DNA of 19,885 nt from an archaeon (GCA_030620045.1 JAUXAD010000015.1:1-19885); one strand, 5' to 3'; counted from the first letter of the stretch, positions 1 to 8,141 are shown. The notes: generated by a model not told the origin, from the letters alone. A program made the numbers and translations.

Positions 1-1533
1 ATTAACCAAATCACATCTCTGATTATATTCTATTAAATCATTAATTAAAATTGAAGCATTCTTTCTCGCTTCATCAACTTTATGCGGATTTGATTTGCCT
101 TTTTTAAATTCTGCTCTTGCACTAACAATATCTTTTAAAATTCTCAAATGTTGTGGAGAAAACTTTCCTTTCTTAACAAAATTTTTTTCAAACTCAGAAA
201 TAATTATCGCTTGAGATTTATTCCCAAACATGGTTTTCAAAAGACCAAATGTATCCTTGTATATTTGTTCTATTGTTTTTTCTGACGTTCTCTTCTCAAT
301 TTGCTCTCTTAATTCTTTAAGTCTTTTCAAATAATCTTCAGTATCCTTAAGTAACTTATCAATTTCTACACCCTTAATATCTTTTATCTTTTCATGTTCA
401 TAATCCTTATAAATTCCAACAATCTTTTCAAGAATAGTAATATATTTTTTCTCTAACATTTTTTCTTTGTCAACAAAAACTTTTTTCATTTCTGCAACAA
501 GATGTTTTGGAGCAGGAGGAGGTAAACCATTCAACATTAAAAGAGCCTGACTAGGAGTTGAAATCCCCCAAAAAAGATCCTGGATTACTATATCAAGCAA
601 AGCCATCTTTGCTCTTTTAACAGTTTTATCACCCAAAGACATAAACATATCAATAGCTTCAGGAGAAGGTTTTAACTTACCCATTTTCAATAAAGCTTTC
701 CATGGCATAAATGTTCCTCTGTCATAAATCGGGATACCATCTCTAATAAAAGTAAAAATCACCGGATGAGCATCTTTAACAGATTCCCAAAAATCAGTCA
801 AAAGATAAATTTGCGGAGAAAGTTTATTCTTCACTCCAGCAAGAGCAGAAGCTTCAGCAACATATTGATAAATTATTCCTCTCAATCTTTCTTTTAATTC
901 AAGCCTTGGCATTCTTTTAACATCAGTATCATTAATAATCACAAAAACATCAACATCAGAAGTTTTAATTGCCTCCCCTCTAACCAAACTCCCGCCAATA
1001 ACATAACTCACAACATATTTCTCAAACTTTTGCAAAACCAATGATTTATGAATCTCAGCAACTCTTAATGCCCCTAAAATCCCCTTATCATAAAGTGTAA
1101 AAGACATAGCAATCGCACTAGTCAACTCAAATTTACTATCTAAACAATTTTCCCAAACATCCACAGGAGTTTTAATCTGAACCCAAATTTTCTGCTTTCC
1201 TATTTGTTTAATTACCTCTTGTTTTATTTTCGGAACTTCCTTAAGCTTTTCTTCAGGAATAATCATGTAAATGTGAATATGTTTTTCAGTTTCTTTCGGA
1301 ATCTCCTCCTCATCAATAAATTTCTTAATAGCCACTGGAGGCAAAATACTTATTGCTTGAGTATAAGAATATTTCTTCATGATAAAAGACTTTAATTTTT
1401 CAAGCTCTTTTTTAGTTTTCTCCATATCTTTTTGTGATTTCTCAGAACTTTCAGGGACTATTGGTTTCTTGTCAGAATATTTTTTATCAATATTCATTTC
1501 TGGAATTTCTTGGTTACTGTTGTCATTATCCAT
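1..1533 (-). CDS. Pol-beta-superfamily nucleotidyltransferase domain protein, C-terminus cut by the window edge (at least 511 aa)
   Basis: Absent from the supplied ORF track because it runs off the window. I checked all 511 triplets from 1533 down to 1 and found no in-frame stop. ATG at 1533-1531, with an in-frame upstream stop at 1554-1552. VIGGSLVRGEAIKTSDVDVFVIIND fits the NTase motif hG[GS]x9-13Dh[DE]h. The long helical K/E-rich C-terminal part looks like an NTase-associated helical/HEPN-like region, but no Rx4-6H was seen. An A/T box lies about 25 nt upstream. Confidence 0.75.
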   Translation of the reverse strand, partial: MDNDNSNQEIPEMNIDKKYSDKKPIVPESSEKSQKDMEKTKKELEKLKSFIMKKYSYTQAISILPPVAIKKFIDEEEIPKETEKHIHIYMIIPEEKLKEVPKIKQEVIKQIGKQKIWVQIKTPVDVWENCLDSKFELTSAIAMSFTLYDKGILGALRVAEIHKSLVLQKFEKYVVSYVIGGSLVRGEAIKTSDVDVFVIINDTDVKRMPRLELKERLRGIIYQYVAEASALAGVKNKLSPQIYLLTDFWESVKDAHPVIFTFIRDGIPIYDRGTFMPWKALLKMGKLKPSPEAIDMFMSLGDKTVKRAKMALLDIVIQDLFWGISTPSQALLMLNGLPPPAPKHLVAEMKKVFVDKEKMLEKKYITILEKIVGIYKDYEHEKIKDIKGVEIDKLLKDTEDYLKRLKELREQIEKRTSEKTIEQIYKDTFGLLKTMFGNKSQAIIISEFEKNFVKKGKFSPQHLRILKDIVSARAEFKKGKSNPHKVDEARKNASILINDLIEYNQRCDLVN

Positions 1534-1581
1534 AGTGAAAATAGGATTTATTTAATATATAAAGGTTACTAATACATAAAC

Positions 1582-1588
1582 TTTAAAA
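1582..1588 (+). promoter_or_regulatory. TATA-like box (TTTAAAA) for tRNA-Val
   Basis: The box ends 25 nt before the mature tRNA 5' end. Equivalent boxes sit 24 nt before tRNA-Gly and tRNA-Asp. Confidence 0.45.
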
Positions 1589-1612
1589 CAATAAATTTCT
1601 TATTCATTCTAA

Positions 1613-1684
1613 GGTCCCGTGGTCTATTGGCATGACATCTCGTTTACACCGAGAAGATAGCAAGTTCGATTCTTGTCGGGACCA
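1613..1684 (+). tRNA. tRNA-Val (anticodon UAC)
   Basis: Hand-folded cloverleaf. Acceptor GGTCCCG/CGGGACC, anticodon stem TCTCG/CGAGA with loop TTTACAC, T-arm GCAAG-TTCGATT-CTTGT, discriminator A. No encoded CCA and no intron. A T5 run follows. Confidence 0.88.
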
Positions 1685-1733
1685 TGTTTTTGAGTATATA
1701 AATTCTTAAAAACTAAAAATTAATAAGAACTAA

Positions 1734-2123
1734 ATGGTAGAAACAATACAAGGAAATGGTTTGTGGCATGTTACACTAGCAGGAAGGGATTTAATTGAAC
1801 AAGCAGGACTTAACCAAGAGGATTTTGAACAAGATTTTGGATTTTTTAAATACAAAGGAAGACCTGTAATTATAAGCCACATTTTTAATCAACATTTAGT
1901 TGTTAGTATTGAAGGAAAGGAAGATGAAAATATGAGAACTTTAATGGAGGGTTTTTCAAAAGTTATTGGCTATCAACCCTTTTGTAAATATACTTTAATG
2001 CTTTCTAACAGAAGCAAAGCACCTCCACTCCCAACTTATGAATGGGATAAGGTAGACCCAAATTCAAGATATGAAGAATTATCTAAGAAAGAAACAACCT
2101 CAGATTTGACTAGGTTATTATAA
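1734..2123 (+). CDS. hypothetical protein (129 aa), between two tRNA genes
   Basis: ATG-initiated ORF with non-low-complexity composition and A/T boxes 20-35 nt upstream. No family recognised. Confidence 0.55.
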   Translation: MVETIQGNGLWHVTLAGRDLIEQAGLNQEDFEQDFGFFKYKGRPVIISHIFNQHLVVSIEGKEDENMRTLMEGFSKVIGYQPFCKYTLMLSNRSKAPPLPTYEWDKVDPNSRYEELSKKETTSDLTRLL

Positions 2124-2170
2124 AAACTCACATTACTGCTCGCTTCGCTCGCATATTATCTCAATTAATC

Positions 2171-2177
2171 TTAAAAA
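2171..2177 (+). promoter_or_regulatory. TATA-like box (TTAAAAA) for tRNA-Gly
   Basis: Ends 24 nt upstream of the tRNA 5' end. Confidence 0.45.
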
Positions 2178-2200
2178 CTATTTCTCATTTAATTAAACAT

Positions 2201-2272
2201 GCGTGAGTAGTATAGTGGTTAGTATATCTCGTTGCCAACGAGGTGACCCGGGTTCAATCCCCGGCTCGCGCA
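2201..2272 (+). tRNA. tRNA-Gly (anticodon GCC)
   Basis: Acceptor GCGTGAG/CTCGCGC (one G-U pair), anticodon stem TCTCG/CGAGG with loop TTGCCAA, T-arm CCGGG-TTCAATC-CCCGG, discriminator A. A T5 run follows. Confidence 0.88.
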
Positions 2273-2334
2273 TGATTTTTAAAAAATTTGAGGTCACAGA
2301 TAATGTTTATATATCTCTTTTTCCTTTATGAAAA

Positions 2335-5307
2335 ATGGTGAAAAAGAGGGAGAAAACTTTTAATTTTTTAAAAGGTAAGAATATTTTGATTGTTATATTA
2401 CTAGTCTTTTCTATTGTGGCGTTATATTTTTTCTTTGGTGGAAAGATAGGAATGATTGGATTTGCGACATGGACATATAATTCTTCATCAAGCTTTAACA
2501 ATGGAACATATAGTCAAACAGCCTATAACACATCAATAGATGCAGTAATTTTAACAACAAATCATACAGAGCCAAATATGATAGCTTTTTTCAATTCTAC
2601 TCCTGGTGGAGATTGGAATGTGCTGAATGGTGTTGATGATTCTCTTAATTTAATAGGGCAGTATCTTCGGGGTTCGAATAATCAGGGAACAGTATCAGGG
2701 AGTAATACTCATGAACATACGCCAAGTGAATTTGAAGTTGAGTATAATGCAGCTATTAATTATGGTGGAACACCTGGAAATCAACAATTTATATTAAGAG
2801 TTCATAGAACCCATAAGAGTACTCATGGTCATTCAGGAGATGACAATCAACCTCTATTTTATGAAATGATTCCTGCTGTTGGAGGCAGTGAACTTCCTGC
2901 TAATACATTGTTATTTTATGATGGTGATGTAGCTCCTGTAGGTTGGACAGCTTGGGCCGATGTTTATGATAAATTTATAAAATGTGCGAGTTCTGCTGGG
3001 GGAACTGGAGGAGCAGCAAGTCATTCACATAGTTATAGTGGTTCATCAACTAATAGTGTATCTACTCCTGATTTTCAGAATGACCAAACTGGTGGGGATA
3101 TGCAGAGTTATCTTCAACATAATCACGCTATGGATCATACTCATACAGAAGGAAACAATTATCCAGAATGGTATAGTCTAATCCCTATTATAAATAATGA
3201 GGGAACTACAGAGATTCCTGTAGGAGTTGTAGCTTTCTTTAAGGGTTCTAGTTGTCCAACTGGTTGGAGTTTATGTGATGGCACTGGAGGAACTCCTAAT
3301 CTTCAGAATAAATTTATATTATTAAATTCTACAAGTGGTACAACAGGTGGTGCTAATAGTCATACACATAGTCATAGCGGAATGATTAGTGGTCCAGGAT
3401 ATTATGGACTTGCAGTTGCTGCAACTATTGGATGGTGGATTACCAAAGATTATCCTCATACTCATCCTTGGCCTGCTGATAATCATAATAGTGGAAACAA
3501 TATATTAAGTCATGTTCCTTTATTAATTTGTAAAAAGTCTAGTACAAAATATGTCCCTACAGGAAATTACACATCAGAGATTTTTGATGCAACTCTTATT
3601 TCTAAATGGAATAATATTTCCTGGGAATCATCTCTACCTCCAAACACAAATTTGGATTTAAAAGTAAAGAGTTGTGATGATAGTGCATGTGACGAAGAAA
3701 GTTTTGTAGATGTTACAGATACATCTCCACAAGACTTATCAATTGCAAATAATCAATATTTTCAATATAACTTTGTTTTTGAAACTACAAATACAAGTTC
3801 TACTTCCAAATTATATAATGTTACAATTGATTATACTCCTGATACTTTTGCCCCTGTTATTAACCTCACATCCCCAACAAATAATGCAGGAGATAATGAT
3901 GGGAATGTAACGTTTAGTTATAATGTTAGTGATGATAGTGAGATAACTAATTGCAGTTTGATTATTGATGGTGAAATAAATCAGACAAATTCAACTATAA
4001 TACCAGATACAACTATGAACCTCACATCAAATAACTTGGCTTCTGGAAGTTATACTTGGAGTATAAATTGCACTGATGAAGTTAACAATGTTGGTTCAAG
4101 TGAAGAGAGAAGCTTGAGTGTGGTCTTATCCACTGAATTTTCAGGAGATACTACTGATTTTTCTGATGTGGATGTAAGTAATATAACTAATTTAATTATA
4201 GACCAACCAAGTGATGGAAAAATTAGTTTTGATGAGGATGTTAATTTTTCTGCAGGAGCTGATTTAGATACTTATGTTAATATAAGTTTTAATAGGATTG
4301 AATTAGATTCAATTACATTATCTGACTTAGATAGTAAAACAGCAACCTTATACTTGTATAATTTAACATTTAGTAATCCAAGGATTTTGAAAGATGGAAG
4401 TGTTTGCTCTTCTACAATTTGCACTAAAAATAGTTATTCTGATGGGACTTTAAACTTCAGCGTTACAGGCTTTAGTGTTTATTCTGCTGAGGAAACTCCT
4501 GTTACTACAACAACACCTTCTGGAAATGGGGGGAATGGTGGTGGAGGTGAAGTAATCAAATTCACCATTAACCCTGAGTTATATGAAAAAACAATGGCAC
4601 CAAATGGAATTTCTTTTGATGAAATAAAAATTACTAATAATGAAAATTCAGAAAAAAGTTTTAATGTTCAAGTAGAAACCCTTGAAGAGATTATTTCTTT
4701 TGAAGAAATAAGCGTAAACATAAGCTCAAAAAATATGAAGCGTCTTGAGTTTAAGATTAATGCTCCAAATAAATCTGGAATTTATGCAGGAAAAATCATT
4801 GTAATTTCCAGTTATATAAGAAAAGAAGCACTTGTAATAATCAATGTTGAATCTGAAAAAAGTTTATTTGATATTACAGTATCAATTCCAATAGCCATGA
4901 AAACAATAAATCCAGGAGAGAACTTAAAAGTCCAAGTAGAGTTATTGGAAATGGGAATACAAAAATACAAAGATGTGACTCTCAATTATGTAATAAAAGA
5001 TTTTGATGGAAATATTTATTTAACAGAATCTGAAACAATTGCAGTATCTGACCAAAAAACATTTAGCAGAGAGGTCTATACAGAACATCTCTCTAGTGGG
5101 GATTATATCCTTGGAGTTGAATTAATTTATCCAGATGGTGTTGCTGTGGCAAGTTCTTATTTTAGAGTAAAGGAAAAATTTGAAGTAGAAAGAGATCAAA
5201 TAATACTCACCAGTTTAATCTTTCTTGCCTTGTCTTCTATATTTGTAGGAATGATTTTGCTGATTAAAAGATATAAGAAAATGATAAAAAAAGTAAAAAA
5301 TTATTGA
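2335..5307 (+). CDS. large membrane-anchored surface protein (990 aa) with an N-terminal triple tail-collar-like HxH module
   Basis: N-terminal hydrophobic signal/anchor at aa 16-35. Three HxH-rich modules at aa 82-400. These are followed by beta-sandwich/Ig-like-looking segments, a T/G-rich linker (TPVTTTTPSGNGGNGGGGE, nt 4489-4548) and two further beta-sandwich-like segments. The C-terminus has a TM helix plus basic tail (LIFLALSSIFVGMILLIKRYKKMIKKVKNY). More than 20 N-x-S/T sequons by eye. TATA-like GTTTATATATC lies about 25 nt upstream of the ATG. Confidence 0.9.
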   Translation: MVKKREKTFNFLKGKNILIVILLVFSIVALYFFFGGKIGMIGFATWTYNSSSSFNNGTYSQTAYNTSIDAVILTTNHTEPNMIAFFNSTPGGDWNVLNGVDDSLNLIGQYLRGSNNQGTVSGSNTHEHTPSEFEVEYNAAINYGGTPGNQQFILRVHRTHKSTHGHSGDDNQPLFYEMIPAVGGSELPANTLLFYDGDVAPVGWTAWADVYDKFIKCASSAGGTGGAASHSHSYSGSSTNSVSTPDFQNDQTGGDMQSYLQHNHAMDHTHTEGNNYPEWYSLIPIINNEGTTEIPVGVVAFFKGSSCPTGWSLCDGTGGTPNLQNKFILLNSTSGTTGGANSHTHSHSGMISGPGYYGLAVAATIGWWITKDYPHTHPWPADNHNSGNNILSHVPLLICKKSSTKYVPTGNYTSEIFDATLISKWNNISWESSLPPNTNLDLKVKSCDDSACDEESFVDVTDTSPQDLSIANNQYFQYNFVFETTNTSSTSKLYNVTIDYTPDTFAPVINLTSPTNNAGDNDGNVTFSYNVSDDSEITNCSLIIDGEINQTNSTIIPDTTMNLTSNNLASGSYTWSINCTDEVNNVGSSEERSLSVVLSTEFSGDTTDFSDVDVSNITNLIIDQPSDGKISFDEDVNFSAGADLDTYVNISFNRIELDSITLSDLDSKTATLYLYNLTFSNPRILKDGSVCSSTICTKNSYSDGTLNFSVTGFSVYSAEETPVTTTTPSGNGGNGGGGEVIKFTINPELYEKTMAPNGISFDEIKITNNENSEKSFNVQVETLEEIISFEEISVNISSKNMKRLEFKINAPNKSGIYAGKIIVISSYIRKEALVIINVESEKSLFDITVSIPIAMKTINPGENLKVQVELLEMGIQKYKDVTLNYVIKDFDGNIYLTESETIAVSDQKTFSREVYTEHLSSGDYILGVELIYPDGVAVASSYFRVKEKFEVERDQIILTSLIFLALSSIFVGMILLIKRYKKMIKKVKNY
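2578..3534 (+). repeat. three tandem, diverged protein-level repeats (about 100 aa each) of a phage tail-collar-like module
   Basis: Modules at aa 82-183, 190-287 and 296-400. Each has a hydrophobic strand (IAFF / LLFY / VAFF), then GDW/GW, then (N/D)x(Y/F)(L/I), then a G-rich stretch. An HxH follows (THEHT / SHSHS / SHTHSHS), then a second His cluster (THGHS / HNH..HTHT / HTH..NH). Each ends in (D/N)N-x-P-x-(F/W)Y-x-(M/L)IP or NNILSHVPLLI. Confidence 0.6.
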
Positions 5308-5314
5308 GTTATTT

Positions 5315-6538
5315 TTATTCAACTATCTCACCCCAACCAATAAGTCTCCAATGGCTGTTTATGTTTCTTGCAATTCCGACATTGTCACCTTTTAATGCTA
5401 CTATTGGGATATTTAGATTTAATTCAATTTCATCTTCTTCAGAGGGAAGTTGACGGTCAAGAAACCGTAGGTGTCTTACCTTTTCTACAGTTCCTACTGT
5501 GATTGTAGTATTGACACTCAACATTAGCATTTCTTTTGTTTTTAGAGATTCAACTTCTTGGTGGTCCTTAGTTCCTAAAACTTCTTCGAACAGTTTTGTT
5601 TTGATTTTAACATTATGGGTAATCTCTGGCAATTTTCCTTTTAAACTAACAAGACATCCTGTTAAAGAATCTGTTTTTGTTAAGAATGGGTCGAGTTCTG
5701 TTTCAATAGAAATGCTTGCTCCTGGAAGGACGTTTGTTACTGATTTATTTCCTTTGTATAAAGAGAGAATTTTTGTTGTGAGAGTTCGGTAAATTTGTTG
5801 GTTAGCTTTTGTAGAACTTAAACCAGGTTTTATTTCAATTTCATCATTAACTTGGAGTTTTCCTTTTTTTAAAATTCCTCCCAACACTCCCCCATGTAAT
5901 TTTTCTATTGTTGTTCCTGGTTTATTTATATCAAAACTTCTTGCTATTAAGAAAACTGGTTCTGTATCTACTTGTTTTTCTGGCATTTCTAGTTTGCAAA
6001 GTTCTTCTAAAATTTTATCTATGTTAATTTCCTGTTGTGCTGACACAGGGATTATTGGAGAGTTTTCAGCTAAAGTTCCTTTAACAAATTCTTTAATTTC
6101 TTTGTAATTTTTTACAGCCTGTTCTTTGTTTACTAAATCTATTTTATTTTGAACTATGATTATGTTCTTGATTTTTTTTGCTTGTAGAGCCATGAAGTGT
6201 TCTTTTGTTTGAGGTTTTATTCCTTCGTTTGCAGCAATAACCAAGATAGCAGCGTCGATAATTGCAGCTCCAGAAAGCATTGTTGCCATGAGCATTTCGT
6301 GTCCTGGTGCATCTATGAAACTTATATATCTAACAGGTTTTCCTTTTTTTTGATTATTAAATCCATTTTTATCCTGAGAAATTGTCATATCTGCATAACC
6401 TAATTTGATTGTTATCCCTCTTTTCAATTCTTCAGAATGAGTATCTGTAAACTTGCCAGTAAGTCCATGAAGTAAGGTTGTTTTTCCATGATCAATGTGT
6501 CCTACAACACCGACATTTAATTCTGGTAATTCTTTCAT
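5315..6538 (-). CDS. eif2g: translation initiation factor aIF2 gamma subunit
   Basis: N-terminal GTPase motifs VGHIDHGKTTL, DAPGHE and NKID. C-terminal SHWRLIGWGEIVE is typical of aIF2-gamma. TATA-like TTAAAAA (6560-6566, minus sense) lies about 22 nt upstream of the ATG, suggesting a leaderless mRNA. Confidence 0.95.
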   Translation of the reverse strand: MKELPELNVGVVGHIDHGKTTLLHGLTGKFTDTHSEELKRGITIKLGYADMTISQDKNGFNNQKKGKPVRYISFIDAPGHEMLMATMLSGAAIIDAAILVIAANEGIKPQTKEHFMALQAKKIKNIIIVQNKIDLVNKEQAVKNYKEIKEFVKGTLAENSPIIPVSAQQEINIDKILEELCKLEMPEKQVDTEPVFLIARSFDINKPGTTIEKLHGGVLGGILKKGKLQVNDEIEIKPGLSSTKANQQIYRTLTTKILSLYKGNKSVTNVLPGASISIETELDPFLTKTDSLTGCLVSLKGKLPEITHNVKIKTKLFEEVLGTKDHQEVESLKTKEMLMLSVNTTITVGTVEKVRHLRFLDRQLPSEEDEIELNLNIPIVALKGDNVGIARNINSHWRLIGWGEIVE

Positions 6539-6630
6539 ATAAATTTGAGAAATGGTTTGTTTTTAAGAGTTTTGATTATAAAAATAAAAAAGAAAAGAAA
6601 AAGAATAAGAAGAAAAAATAAAAAATTAAA

Positions 6631-7455
6631 TTAATATAGTTTTTGTATTCCAGCAATGTCACCAGTATTCAAATCTCTTTTAGAAGTTTCTTCATAATTA
6701 GAATATCCATACATTGTTTCATCTGCACAGACTGTATCGTATAAATCTCCTAAGCCAGCACCATGCCCTATTTCATGAGTTGCTATATTCTGTAAGTCCA
6801 TTACTTCTGGATTAACTATTGCATCTCCCCATGTAAAGTCTGTGTCGAAGAGTATATCAAATTCAACAATTCTTCTTTTGCTTGGTCTTCCGCTGAAATA
6901 TCCCCAGATTACTGTTACTGCAATTACTCCATCTTCTTTATAATTTCCAAAAGCAATAGCATTTTCAAAGTTTTGAATACCATATTTTGCAGTACTGTCA
7001 ATTGTATAAGCATTGTTAAACAATTCTGCTAATGTTGCATCATCCCATGTTTCTGCAGATGTTGATATTGCATTAGTTACAAATTCTTTTGACAAGCCAT
7101 TTGGATTAGTTGGATTTATTACATAATCCACAGATAAGTCTCTCCACTTTGCTCCTAAAAATGCATAGCATGAACTTGTGTCTGGTTCTTCTGGATCTTC
7201 TCCATTTTTCTTACAATCTGCACAACTTGGGTTTTCTTTAGGGTCACAAACTCCATCATTGTCACAAACTCTTCCATATCCTTTTTTATAATGTATAAAT
7301 ACGACCTTTTCTAAACCAGGCGGTGTTATTGATGCTTTTTTGTTTGGGTTTGCTTTGTCTGATCTTGGAATAAGCATTGAAGCTGCAATTATAGAAGTCA
7401 TTAAAACTGTTATCACTAAAATAGAGATTATTAGTTTTGTTTTTGTTCCTTTCAT
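6631..7455 (-). CDS. secreted zinc metalloprotease, metzincin type (HExxHxxGxxD)
   Basis: N-terminal signal/anchor (KLIISILVITVLMTSIIAASML). HEIGHGAGLGD encoded at 6745-6777. Downstream Met-turn-like ETMYGY. Cys-rich segment CDNDGVCDPKENPSCADC near the N-terminus. Confidence 0.8.
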   Translation of the reverse strand: MKGTKTKLIISILVITVLMTSIIAASMLIPRSDKANPNKKASITPPGLEKVVFIHYKKGYGRVCDNDGVCDPKENPSCADCKKNGEDPEEPDTSSCYAFLGAKWRDLSVDYVINPTNPNGLSKEFVTNAISTSAETWDDATLAELFNNAYTIDSTAKYGIQNFENAIAFGNYKEDGVIAVTVIWGYFSGRPSKRRIVEFDILFDTDFTWGDAIVNPEVMDLQNIATHEIGHGAGLGDLYDTVCADETMYGYSNYEETSKRDLNTGDIAGIQKLY

Positions 7456-7459
7456 TTTT

Positions 7460-7465
7460 ACCTCC
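7460..7465 (-). promoter_or_regulatory. Shine-Dalgarno GGAGGT, 4 nt upstream of the metalloprotease ATG
   Basis: Minus strand reads GGAGGTAAAAATG. A TATA-like TTTTTTATATAGG lies further upstream at about 7473-7485. Confidence 0.6.
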
Positions 7466-7503
7466 TTGCACCTATATAAAAAAGATATTGAAAAAGGGTT
7501 TAA

Positions 7504-8031
7504 TTATTTTTCTGTACTTTTTTTCTCTTCTTTCTTTTCAATTTCCTTTGTTTCTTCTTTTGGTGTTTCTTTGGTTTCCTCTTTAACTTCTTCTTTTACC
7601 TCTACCTCTTTTCCTTTACATTGTTCAGGAAAAACTTCTGCAAGTTTTTTGTTTCCTTGTTTCAAAATCTTGAGATTAATTTGAGTAATTGCTGGAGAAA
7701 TAATCTTGCCTCTCACAGTTTTTCTTAATCTTAATCCTTTTGGTCTGTTTTGCGAACGCTTTTTTTTACCTTCTAATCTTGGCTTTTTTTTCATACCTTT
7801 ACCATATGTTAAGAGAACTTTTTTTAACCCAACACCTTCAACATTTTTCATTGAAGTAAATCCTGCTTTATCACTTGCTCCTGTGATTTCAAATTCATAA
7901 CCAACTAAATCTGGGGAAATATCTTTTCCTTGTATTTTATTATGAAGTTCTTTTCCAACAAGTTCTTCTCCTTCTATTTCTAAATGAAATGTTTTCCCTG
8001 TTTTTTCTGAGATGTTTATTTTGAATGGCAT
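7504..8031 (-). CDS. rps6e: ribosomal protein S6e with a K/E-rich C-terminal extension
   Basis: MPFKINISEKTGKTF...GYEFEITGASDKAGF...RLRKTVRG matches archaeal S6e. I prefer the ATG at 8031 over the track start at 8085, because the homology begins at this Met and TTATAAA lies about 27 nt upstream. About 40 extra C-terminal residues are rich in K, E and T. Confidence 0.9.
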   Translation of the reverse strand: MPFKINISEKTGKTFHLEIEGEELVGKELHNKIQGKDISPDLVGYEFEITGASDKAGFTSMKNVEGVGLKKVLLTYGKGMKKKPRLEGKKKRSQNRPKGLRLRKTVRGKIISPAITQINLKILKQGNKKLAEVFPEQCKGKEVEVKEEVKEETKETPKEETKEIEKKEEKKSTEK

Positions 8032-8141
8032 GATAATAAATTGGAGGATTAGTTTATAAGGGTTTTTATTGTTTTTTAAATCCACAAATGGTGAGGACGA
8101 GTTAGGGAAGATTTTTAAAATAGAGATTTCTTTATGTTTTT

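Noticed and set aside
1204-1395. 63-aa plus-strand ORF from the track
   Set aside because: It lies antisense inside the uninterrupted 511-codon NTase ORF. Its F/L/N/R-rich low-complexity translation is typical of antisense frames in AT-rich DNA.
1613-2272. The tRNA-Val / 129-aa ORF / tRNA-Gly unit as an integrated element with att duplication
   Set aside because: I looked for a duplicated tRNA 3' end. Only a weak 6-9 nt resemblance exists (GCTCGC TTC GCTCGCAT at about 2137-2153 versus GGCTCGCGCAT in tRNA-Gly). There is no integrase, so this is too weak to call.
2307-3910. Track ORFs 2307-2501 (-), 2984-3181 (+) and 3710-3910 (+)
   Set aside because: They are out of frame or antisense within, or at the start of, the 990-aa surface protein gene. 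They have I/L-rich junk composition and no start-site signals.
5499-6403. Track ORFs 5499-5792 (+) and 6197-6403 (+)
   Set aside because: They are antisense to the unambiguous aIF2-gamma gene.
6568-6630. Long A/G-rich tract (AAAAATAAAAAAGAAAAGAAAAAGAATAAGAAG...)
   Set aside because: On the minus strand it is a T/C-rich run directly after the metalloprotease stop. It is adequately explained as an oligo-T termination zone plus promoter spacer for eif2g. It has no repeat unit or ORF.
7504-7620. Apparent DNA repeats (gaagaa/ttcttc periodicity) here and at 13724-13870
   Set aside because: This is coding low complexity for the K/E-rich S6e tail and the acidic PC4-like tail, not a structured nucleotide repeat.
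7286-7900. Track ORFs 7286-7471 (-), 7340-7684 (+) and 7706-7900 (+)
   Set aside because: They overlap the metalloprotease and S6e genes in other frames or strands. Their S/F-rich translation mirrors the K/E-rich S6e tail.
8032-8085. N-terminal 18-aa extension of S6e in the track (start 8085). Similar upstream-extended track starts occur at 9168, 13294, 13331 and 15050, and those four are TTG codons
   Set aside because: Homology or hydrophobic signal sequences begin at the downstream ATGs. A/T boxes sit 22-27 nt upstream of those ATGs and would fall inside the extensions.
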